Assembly: GCA_964609875.1 (NCBI GenBank)
Contig: CAZSUF010000001.1
Location: 17,923-51,323 of the forward strand
Source of the DNA: an uncultured Bifidobacterium sp.
Lineage (GTDB): Bacteria > Bacteroidota > Bacteroidia > Chitinophagales > Chitinophagaceae
Direction: 5' to 3'
Length of the DNA stretch: 33,401 nt
The notes under the pieces: model-generated
The model's input: the letters and a program-made list of their open reading frames with translations, nothing else
Databases searched by the model: none
What the model was told of the DNA's origin: nothing
Position numbers and translations under genes: made by a program
Shown: positions 1 to 7,625 of the stretch, one piece after another
Layout: the number at the start of each line of letters is the position of its first letter
How positions within the stretch are numbered: the first letter of the stretch is position 1

Positions 1-1
1 T

Positions 2-55
2 TTTGATGTGACTAACACTGGTGAGTATCTGACAGCTAAAGAGATGAATGAATAA
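2..55 (+). CDS. 3' end of an ORF running off the left window edge (...FDVTNTGEYLTAKEMNE*). It is either the C-terminus of an N-terminal IleRS fragment or the end of an unrelated or inserted ORF.
   Basis: Manual translation of frame 2 is open from the window edge to TAA at 53-55. This is the same frame as the ileS ORF that starts at 107. NTGEYLTAKEMNE only loosely resembles the GTGLSSHELNQ-type segment that precedes CP1 in type-2 IleRS. Confidence 0.3.
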   Translation, partial: FDVTNTGEYLTAKEMNE

Positions 56-106
56 AAAGAAGCTGCTTTAAAGGAGTATTAATAATTAAAACTCATTTAA
101 GCAGTT

Positions 107-2779
107 GTGGCAAACTATAAAAGAACAAAAGTAAATGTCCAGTCTTTCGAAAAACTCTTAAATGATCAATCAGATATTTATGTGATGGCTTGGACAACAA
201 CACCTTGGACTTTGCCATCAAATTTGGGCTTAACCGTAGGTCCAAATATTAATTATGTTTTAGTTAAAACCTTTAATCCTTATACACACGAATTGCAACA
301 TGTGATGCTTGCAGAAAATTTGTTATCTAAGTATTTTAAACACGAAGCAGAGGATGCAGATTTCGATGACTACACCGCTGAATCAAAAATAATTCCTTAT
401 CAAGTTTTAGCTTTATATAAGGGTTCGGAATTAGAAAATTTGCGTTATGAGCAATTATTGCCTTTTGAATCTAATCAATCTAGTTTGATTCAAGGGGATC
501 CGTTCAGAATTATTTTAGGAGATTTTGTCACAACAGAAGATGGCACAGGTGTAGTGCATACAGCACCTGCATTTGGCGCGGATGATTATAAAGTTGGGCA
601 AAAGAATAATTTAGGCATACTAACTTTAGTAGATCGTGAAGGTAAGTTTATTGAAGGAACTGGAGAGTATAGTGGCAGATATGTGAAGAACTATAAAGAT
701 CAGAAAGATTATCAGGACGTCAATGTAGATATTGCTGTTCATCTGAAAAAGATTGGACAGGCTTTTAAAGTGGAGAAATATGAGCATAGTTACCCACATT
801 GTTGGAGAACTGATAAGCCTATTATCTATTACCCATTAGATGCTTGGTTTATCAAAACAACAGCTGTAAAGGATAGAATGGTTGAACTGAATAAAACCAT
901 CAACTGGAAGCCTAAAGCCACAGGCGAAGGCCGTTTTGGCAATTGGTTAGAAAACATGGTTGATTGGAATTTAAGTCGAAGTCGTTATTGGGGAACTCCT
1001 TTACCTGTTTGGCGTTCTGAAGATGGCAAAGAAGAAATTTGTTGCGGTAGTATAGAAGAAATAAAATCTTTAATGCATGATGATAGTCCTGAAAAAGAAT
1101 TAAACGATGTTCACAAGCCTTATATTGATAATGTGATTTTGAAATCACCCAGTGGACAGAAAATGTATCGAGAACCTGATTTGATTGATGTTTGGTTTGA
1201 TAGTGGCGCTATGCCATATGCCCAATGGCATTATCCTTTTGAGGAGCCTAAAGGAGGATTAAGTGCAGTATTTCCAGCAGATTATATTGCAGAAGGTGTA
1301 GATCAAACAAGAGGCTGGTTTTATACACTTCACGCTTTGGCTGTATTATTATTTGATCAGGTAGCTTATAAAACAGTGGTGGCTAATGGATTTGTTTTAG
1401 ACAAGCATGGCAATAAAATGAGTAAGCGACTTGGAAATGTTGTAGATCCTTTTGAAACTATACATACATTCGGAGCAGATGCTACTCGATGGTATTTAAT
1501 TACCAATGCCGCACCTTGGGATAGTTTAAAATTTGATTTAGAAGGAATCAAAGAAACACAGCGTCGGTTATTTAATACCCTTTATAATACGTATAGTTTT
1601 TTTGCATTGTATGCCAATGTTGATGGATTTAGTTATCAGGAAGAATCTATCCCTGTTGCCCAAAGACCAGAAATTGATCAATGGATTATTTCTTCACTAA
1701 ATTCACTGATTGTGCAGGTGCAGGAAAGTATGGATGATTATGAGCCTACAAAAGCAGGCAGGTTGATTGATACATTTGTAGATGAGCAATTAAGCAATTG
1801 GTATGTGAGATTATGTAGAAGAAGATTTTGGAAAGGGGAGTATGAAACTGATAAAATTGCAGCCTACCAAACATTATATGAATGTCTTGAAACCTTGTGC
1901 CAACTTATTGCTCCATTTTCGCCATTTTTTAGTGATTGGTTATTTTTACGTTTAAATGAAATTACCCAAAGAAATAAAGTTGAATCAGTTCATTTAACGA
2001 ATTTCCCAGAAGTAAATGCCGATTTGATACAACCAGCACTTGAAGAAAGGATGCAGCTTGCCCAAGATGCTTGTTCCTTGCTACTTTCTTTACGTAAAAA
2101 GGCAAATATTAAAGTTAGACAACCTTTGCAAAAGGCTCTAATTCCTTTGATAGATCCAGCCATGGAACATAAGATTCGTGCAGTAGAAGATATTATACGT
2201 GCAGAAGTGAATATCAAAGAAATTCAATTTATGTCTGCAGAGCAAGATATCATCAAGAAAAAAATTAAACCTAATTTTAAAACTTTAGGCGCTAGGCTAG
2301 GATCGATGATGAAACAGGTTGCTGCAAAAATAAATAGCTTTCAGGCCGCAGACATTGCTATATTAGAAAGTAAAGGACAAGTTACATTAATCATTGAGAA
2401 CCAAGAAATTGAGTTGCATTTGGCAGATGTTGAAATAAGTTCTGATGATATTCCAGGTTTGTTAGTTGCTAACAAAGGTGCATTTACTATTGCCTTAGAT
2501 ATTGAACTTACACCTGAATTGATTGAGGAAGGTTTGGCAAGAGAATTTGTAAATAAAGTGCAGAAAATCAGGAAGGATAGCCGTTTTGAGCTAACCGACC
2601 GTATAGATGTAAGTGTGGAAGAGACCGAAATGTTAAAAAACGCGTTGAATAATTTTAATTCCTATATTTGCACGGAAATTTTGGCCGATAGCTTAACTTT
2701 TTCCTCCATTATTGAGGACGGAGTAGGTATTGAAGTCAATGATTTATCCATTAATGTAAAAATTTCTAAAACAATTTAG
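107..2779 (+). CDS. ileS: Isoleucyl-tRNA synthetase (class I, type 2), from the CP1 editing domain through the C-terminus. The N-terminal ~230 aa, including the HIGH motif, are not part of this ORF.
   Basis: IleRS hallmarks are present: WTTTPWTLPSN, GTGVVHTAPAFGADD, HSYPHCWRTDKP, NWLENMVDWNLSRSRYWGTPLP, DVWFDSGAMPYAQ, EGVDQTRGWFYTLH and KMSKRLGN (KMSKS loop). GTG at 107 is simply the first start-like codon after an in-frame TAA at 98-100. Confidence 0.9.
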   Translation: MANYKRTKVNVQSFEKLLNDQSDIYVMAWTTTPWTLPSNLGLTVGPNINYVLVKTFNPYTHELQHVMLAENLLSKYFKHEAEDADFDDYTAESKIIPYQVLALYKGSELENLRYEQLLPFESNQSSLIQGDPFRIILGDFVTTEDGTGVVHTAPAFGADDYKVGQKNNLGILTLVDREGKFIEGTGEYSGRYVKNYKDQKDYQDVNVDIAVHLKKIGQAFKVEKYEHSYPHCWRTDKPIIYYPLDAWFIKTTAVKDRMVELNKTINWKPKATGEGRFGNWLENMVDWNLSRSRYWGTPLPVWRSEDGKEEICCGSIEEIKSLMHDDSPEKELNDVHKPYIDNVILKSPSGQKMYREPDLIDVWFDSGAMPYAQWHYPFEEPKGGLSAVFPADYIAEGVDQTRGWFYTLHALAVLLFDQVAYKTVVANGFVLDKHGNKMSKRLGNVVDPFETIHTFGADATRWYLITNAAPWDSLKFDLEGIKETQRRLFNTLYNTYSFFALYANVDGFSYQEESIPVAQRPEIDQWIISSLNSLIVQVQESMDDYEPTKAGRLIDTFVDEQLSNWYVRLCRRRFWKGEYETDKIAAYQTLYECLETLCQLIAPFSPFFSDWLFLRLNEITQRNKVESVHLTNFPEVNADLIQPALEERMQLAQDACSLLLSLRKKANIKVRQPLQKALIPLIDPAMEHKIRAVEDIIRAEVNIKEIQFMSAEQDIIKKKIKPNFKTLGARLGSMMKQVAAKINSFQAADIAILESKGQVTLIIENQEIELHLADVEISSDDIPGLLVANKGAFTIALDIELTPELIEEGLAREFVNKVQKIRKDSRFELTDRIDVSVEETEMLKNALNNFNSYICTEILADSLTFSSIIEDGVGIEVNDLSINVKISKTI

Positions 2780-2782
2780 GTT

Positions 2783-3919
2783 ATGGCAACAAAAAAGACT
2801 GCTCCAAAGAAAGCGGCTGCAAAACCAGTGGCAAAGAAAGTAATATCAAAGAAATCGGCAAAACCGGCCCCAAAGCCCGCCACTAAAAAACCTGAAGTGA
2901 AAAAAGTGAATAAACCAGTTGCTAAGCCAGTAGCTAAAGCAGTATCAAAGAAGCCGGCACCTAAACCAGCCTCAAAGGTAGTAGCATCTAAAGCGCCTGC
3001 TAAAAAAGTGGCTGTAAAAGTTGTAGCCAAAGCTCCGGTGAAGAAAGTTGTAGCCAAAGCTCCGGTGAAAAAAGTAGTTGCTAAGGTTGCAGATAAAAAG
3101 CCAGTAGCTAAAGTCGTTGCAAAACCTGTTGCAAAGGTTATAGAAAAAAAGAAGGAAGTAAAACCTGTAGTTGTAAGTAAAAAAGTTGCCCCAAAACCTG
3201 ATGTAAAAAAAGAAAAGCTATCTTCTCCAAAACCAATTAGCTCAAAACCTGTTATGAATGAAGAGCCAAAAGTGAAGAAGGAGCCTAAAAAAGCGGTTAA
3301 AGCAGGTGGTAAAAAAACTGCCACAAAAACAATCATTTCCAGTTCCATGTCGAACTTGCCAAAAAGATTAGATGTTTTTAAAACAAATACTTTTGGTACA
3401 GCAAATTTGAAAAATGATACAGGCAAAGTAATTGCCCATAGAAAGACATCTGAATTAAAGAGAAAAACAGATTTAGGAGATATTAAAAAATACGAACCAG
3501 AACATACAAGATCAATATTAGATATGAGTCCAAGCAAAGAATCAACAAGTTACAGATATAGTGACGATGACTTACAAGAATTTCGTGAAATTGTAAGTAA
3601 AAAATTAGAAACCGCCAAGAATGAATTACAATATTTGCAAGGTGTAATTATGAGAAAAGATGAAGGTGGAACAGAAGATACTGAAAATAAATATCAAGGA
3701 ATAGAAGATGGAAGTGCTTCCATGGATAGAGAACAATTCAATCAGCTTGCAAGCAGACAAATTACATTTATCAGTCATCTTGAACAAGCCTTAGTAAGAA
3801 TTGAAAATAAAACTTATGGTATTTGTAGAGAAACTGGAAAGTTAATAGACAAGGCTAGATTAAGAGCTGTGCCGCATGCAACTTTGAGCATTGAAGCCAA
3901 AAATGCTAAAAAAAATTAA
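2783..3919 (+). CDS. DksA/TraR-family protein with a ~230-aa N-terminal lysine/alanine/proline/valine-rich (histone H1-like) extension
   Basis: The C-terminus has a coiled-coil (DDDLQEFREIVSKKLETAKNELQYLQ) and YGICRETGKLIDKARLRAVPHATLSIEAK, typical of the Bacteroidota TraR/DksA genes found right after ileS. The N-terminus consists of PVAKKV/KKPAPKP-type repeats. The start lies 3 nt after the ileS stop. Confidence 0.8.
   Translation: MATKKTAPKKAAAKPVAKKVISKKSAKPAPKPATKKPEVKKVNKPVAKPVAKAVSKKPAPKPASKVVASKAPAKKVAVKVVAKAPVKKVVAKAPVKKVVAKVADKKPVAKVVAKPVAKVIEKKKEVKPVVVSKKVAPKPDVKKEKLSSPKPISSKPVMNEEPKVKKEPKKAVKAGGKKTATKTIISSSMSNLPKRLDVFKTNTFGTANLKNDTGKVIAHRKTSELKRKTDLGDIKKYEPEHTRSILDMSPSKESTSYRYSDDDLQEFREIVSKKLETAKNELQYLQGVIMRKDEGGTEDTENKYQGIEDGSASMDREQFNQLASRQITFISHLEQALVRIENKTYGICRETGKLIDKARLRAVPHATLSIEAKNAKKN
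3020..3073 (+). repeat. Tandem 27-bp direct repeat (2 copies, 1 mismatch) inside the lysine-rich coding region. It encodes VVAKAPVKK twice.
   Basis: gttgtagccaaagctccggtgaagaaa (3020-3046) is followed directly by gttgtagccaaagctccggtgaaaaaa (3047-3073). Confidence 0.9.
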
Positions 3920-3945
3920 AATTAATTTACTCCAATACTAACATT

Positions 3946-3977
3946 GAGGTTGTCTGAATAAGGCAACCTCTTCTTTT
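3946..3977 (+). terminator. Rho-independent terminator downstream of the ileS/dksA-like pair
   Basis: Stem GAGGTTGTC (3946-3954) pairs with GGCAACCTC (3962-3970), including one T-G wobble. The loop is 7 nt and is followed by TTCTTTT (3971-3977). Confidence 0.7.
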
Positions 3978-4208
3978 GGTTGGACTGAGAGGCTACTTTT
4001 TATTTTAATCCGAATCGAGGGAAAGTACAGTCCTTCATAAATTGATTATAGTCAATGTCTCAAGGTATTATACCCTGATGAAATGGACTAAAACATTATT
4101 ACAAATGAATTGAGTTTGAACCTAACAACATTGAAGATTCATGTATATGGCTTCAAAGAATTTAGAAAAAGCGCAGACTTAATCAAGTATAGCTAGCATA
4201 CAAAAAAC

Positions 4209-6038
4209 ATGAAGGATCATCCTTATATAAAACATTTAATAGATTGTATTGAGCTTGAAGAAGCCGAAGAGTTTCGAAGATACAGAACCGACCAGGGAAT
4301 TCCGATAAAGCAATTAGTTTCCCAAGGTGTGGTATTATATCCAATTAAAGTAATTAAGAAAACATTTGGATTTGCAGATTATCCAGAAATGACCTTTCGA
4401 TTAAATTTTATTCCAGATCAACACCAATTTTACGGAGGAGCTTCTATTCAAATGTTTAAACAAGGGGAAGAAGTAATAAAAGGTGTGTTATTAAACCTTG
4501 ATGGAAAAATGGGTGAATGCAGATTATTTGCTCCCGATTTTCCTGATTGGTTAGAAGACGATGGTGTAGGTCTTCAATTAATTCCTGATGTGCGTACGAT
4601 TCAAATTATGAAACAAGGATTATACAAGATAGCTGAAAATGACCTTGTGTATAATTTATTCAAAAAGCTTCATGAAGTTGAGGAGTCAAAAAAAACTACA
4701 GAAAAGGAAATTGTTTCGGTGCAAGGGATTAGTGAAATATTGAATCATTCTCAGCAACTTGCCGTACAAGCCATTTTGGAAAACGAAGATTTGGTGATTT
4801 TGCATGGGCCTCCAGGAACTGGAAAAACAGTCACCTTAACAGAGGCAATCCGTTTATTAGTTAGTCTTGGAGAAAAGGTAGTGGTAACGGCACCAAGCAA
4901 TACAGCAACAGATCATCTTGCTTTGGGATTAATAGGAAAAGGGTTAAAGATTATTCGTGTAGGAAATACCACTAAGGTTGATGAGGCCATATATCCTTAC
5001 ACCCCTGAAGGTAGAATGCAAGATGAAAAAATTAAGAAGCAATTAAAAGAGCTACGAATTCGTGCGGTGGAATTTAGAAAAATGGCTTTACAGTATAAAC
5101 GTCGATTTGGAAAAGCGGAAAGAGAGCAGCGCAGTTTGTTGTTTAAAGAAGTCAAAGAAATTAGAAATGAAATAAGGCGTATTCAAGATTATCATCAAGA
5201 CAAATTTTTTGCAGATGCAGACGTTATGGTTGGGACACCGATAGCCTTAGCAGACGCAGGGCTAAAACCAAACCAATTTGATACCCTTATCATTGACGAA
5301 TCTGGGCAATGTTTGGAGCCTTTGGCTTGGGCAATATTTCCATTTGCGAAGAAGTATGTATTGGCTGGAGATCCATTTCAATTACCACCCACTGTACTTT
5401 CAGAAGCTGCAAGAAGAAAGGGTTTAAATCGTTCAATTTTGGAATTATGTTATACCAAATGGCCGAGGAATTTGTTTTTAGATACACAATATCGAATGCG
5501 AGAAGTTATTGCAGGTTTTTCGAGTGCATATTTTTATCAGCATCAATTAAAGACTCCAGAATTCTTGAAAAATAAGGGAGATCATTTGGTATTTATTGAT
5601 ACAGCTGGAAGCGGATATTATGAAGAGTCAGGTAATGATGGAACTAGTTTGATGAATACCCAAGAAATAGACATTACCCTTAAATTAATTGAGGAATCTA
5701 ATTTAAATACGAGTTCAATTGTATTTATTTCGCCCTATTCTGGTCAGGTTGCCAAGGCAAGTGATATGTTACCCAAGAAGGTAAAAGTTTCTACCATAGA
5801 TAGTTTTCAAGGGAAGGAGAAAGAAGTGGTATTACTTTCACTTGTTAGATCAAATGAAGAAGGTCAAATTGGATTTTTGAAGGATTATAGGCGAATGAAT
5901 GTGGCGTTAACTCGGGCTAAGGAAAAACTTTTTGTGATTGGTGATAGTGCGACCTTAGGGCAAGATGTATTTTATCAAGCATTTTTAAGCTATGTTGAAA
6001 AGCACGGAACCTACAGATCTGTATGGGAATTTATGTAA
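4209..6038 (+). CDS. Superfamily 1B helicase, Upf1/DNA2/IGHMBP2-like (AAA_11/AAA_12 type)
   Basis: Motifs present: Walker A ILHGPPGTGKT, motif II IIDESGQ, LAGDPFQLPPTV, TQYRM, STIDSFQGKEKEVVLLSLVRSN and RRMNVALTRAKEKLFVIGD. Confidence 0.85.
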   Translation: MKDHPYIKHLIDCIELEEAEEFRRYRTDQGIPIKQLVSQGVVLYPIKVIKKTFGFADYPEMTFRLNFIPDQHQFYGGASIQMFKQGEEVIKGVLLNLDGKMGECRLFAPDFPDWLEDDGVGLQLIPDVRTIQIMKQGLYKIAENDLVYNLFKKLHEVEESKKTTEKEIVSVQGISEILNHSQQLAVQAILENEDLVILHGPPGTGKTVTLTEAIRLLVSLGEKVVVTAPSNTATDHLALGLIGKGLKIIRVGNTTKVDEAIYPYTPEGRMQDEKIKKQLKELRIRAVEFRKMALQYKRRFGKAEREQRSLLFKEVKEIRNEIRRIQDYHQDKFFADADVMVGTPIALADAGLKPNQFDTLIIDESGQCLEPLAWAIFPFAKKYVLAGDPFQLPPTVLSEAARRKGLNRSILELCYTKWPRNLFLDTQYRMREVIAGFSSAYFYQHQLKTPEFLKNKGDHLVFIDTAGSGYYEESGNDGTSLMNTQEIDITLKLIEESNLNTSSIVFISPYSGQVAKASDMLPKKVKVSTIDSFQGKEKEVVLLSLVRSNEEGQIGFLKDYRRMNVALTRAKEKLFVIGDSATLGQDVFYQAFLSYVEKHGTYRSVWEFM

Positions 6039-6124
6039 GGGCTGCTGATTAATTCTGTAAACAAGCACTTGATTGATTGAATAGGTCAAATGTTTATATC
6101 ATTCACAAAATTCTATATTAGCAC

Positions 6125-7330
6125 CTAATATTTTCTGTATAATTTGAAAAGGATAAATGAGACGAATGCGAATCCGAAAAGTACAAACGAAGCTAATCCA
6201 AAATGTAACATAGAATTTCCCATCAATTTTGAGACAACATCAGGTGTTTTTATCATTAAAAAGCTTGAAGGAATAAAAGACAAACTGATTAGGATGGCAA
6301 GGTATTTAGGATTGCCATATTTGGTAAGAATAGAATAAAGAAGAGGAGCAATGAAAATTTCACCAATACTCATCATCACCATTGTAAAAAGGAGTGCTAA
6401 ATTGCTTGATGAAGAAACATCAGATTTTAAAAGCAATAAAAGTGCTAGGGAAAGGCCGGCTAAAATAAAGCCTATCGTCATTTTCTTATACTGATGAATA
6501 TATTTATTTGTCCAAAAAATACTTGCTCCAACAGCTACAACTAATGTAATCACTAGTTTTAAGGTCGCTAGCCAATTAGTACCATCATTTTCAAGCCAAA
6601 ATTCGCCACTTATTTTATCTTGTAAATCTGCTACATTATAGGAAGTAGATTCGTAAATAAACCAAAAAATACCAACTAATACAAAGGCAATGATCACCTG
6701 AGTAATTCTGGTATTGATATTAAATTTCTTTTCCTTTGTGGTGATTTCTTGATCAAATTCTACTTCGTTGGTGAAAGCGCACATGAAGGTAGACACTAAC
6801 ATCATTATGCCTGAAAGAATAAAGCCATATTTAATGTTTACTAAATTAGTCCCAGAAAGCATAACACCACCAATGAAGGCTCCAAGAATAATAGAAGTAT
6901 AAAAAATGGTGAAACCTGCATCCATCAATTTAGTTTTCTGCGAATAAAGTTTGCCAAATAAAGAAGCAATATTAGGACTGAACATGCCTCCTCCTATAAC
7001 TATTAATGCAATTGAAAAGTAAATGGTATTTAAATGAGGTATGCATAAAGTAAACATACCAATGGATTGTAATAATCCACCAATAACGAGTGTTTTTTTA
7101 TTTCCTAATAATAAATCTCCCAAACAAGCGCCAAATATTTTGGAAACAATTAATGCACCAAATATGACTTCTAATAAATGAATGGCTTTTGCTTCTGTAA
7201 AGGAAAAGGCATCACTCATGAGATATACAACAAGTAGAGATCGGATTCCATAATAAGAAGCACGATCTAAAAAATTGGCAAAGGCGTAGTAGTAGGTTTC
7301 TTTATAGTGACGAATGAAATAGGATATCAT
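6125..7330 (-). CDS. MFS transporter of the POT/PTR2 (di/tripeptide:proton symporter) family. It is shorter than typical members.
   Basis: FANFLDRASYYGIRSLLVVYL matches the ExxERFxYYG signature region. GACLGDLLLGNKKTLVIGG matches the second PTR2 motif. The protein is polytopic and hydrophobic throughout. Confidence 0.7.
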   Translation of the reverse strand: MISYFIRHYKETYYYAFANFLDRASYYGIRSLLVVYLMSDAFSFTEAKAIHLLEVIFGALIVSKIFGACLGDLLLGNKKTLVIGGLLQSIGMFTLCIPHLNTIYFSIALIVIGGGMFSPNIASLFGKLYSQKTKLMDAGFTIFYTSIILGAFIGGVMLSGTNLVNIKYGFILSGIMMLVSTFMCAFTNEVEFDQEITTKEKKFNINTRITQVIIAFVLVGIFWFIYESTSYNVADLQDKISGEFWLENDGTNWLATLKLVITLVVAVGASIFWTNKYIHQYKKMTIGFILAGLSLALLLLLKSDVSSSSNLALLFTMVMMSIGEIFIAPLLYSILTKYGNPKYLAILISLSFIPSSFLMIKTPDVVSKLMGNSMLHFGLASFVLFGFAFVSFILFKLYRKY

Positions 7331-7625
7331 AGTCGTTCACTTTTTAAGAGAATGCTAAAGTAGAGGATGAAATTTGTATTTGCAAGTTACATTTATATTA
7401 ATCGAAGGAAGAAAAAATCTACTTGTTATAAATACATCTGTATTGACCTGAATTTAAGCATTATACATATCAAGTCAGGAAGAAATTATTTTTTAAAAAA
7501 TATTAGAATCCTTGAAGGTTGAGAGAAGATAAATATGTATGTTGTAACTTGTATGTGTCATAATTGTTCTATTCAGTCGATTTTAAGGTTTAATTCTTGA
7601 ATTGTTTGGAGGTGATTTATATTAA

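Noticed and set aside
53-100. Stop-codon reassignment to explain four in-frame TAA codons in front of ileS
   Set aside because: TAA terminates several normal-length, well-supported genes in this window, for example the dksA-like and helicase genes. The standard code therefore applies.
912-2217. Three minus-strand ORFs (912-1148, 1366-1551, 1990-2217) inside ileS
   Set aside because: They are antisense to a strongly supported conserved gene, short, and lack motifs.
2776-3537. 253-aa minus-strand ORF antisense to the lysine-rich region
   Set aside because: It is the mirror image of the K/A/P/V repeats, giving an F/T/G/A-rich low-complexity product. It fully overlaps a gene with a recognisable DksA C-terminus in conserved synteny with ileS. 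It is an artefact of repeat composition.
5290-5575. ORFs 5290-5487 (-) and 5309-5575 (+) inside the helicase gene
   Set aside because: They overlap conserved helicase motifs II-III in other frames, and no independent evidence supports them.
6144-6338. 64-aa + strand ORF inside the POT transporter gene
   Set aside because: It is antisense to a supported membrane-protein gene and is spurious. The same judgement applies to 11163-11423 and 13623-13871 (inside the OMP gene), 23931-24200 (permease), 24825-25052 (GT2) and 25735-25950 (hydrolase).
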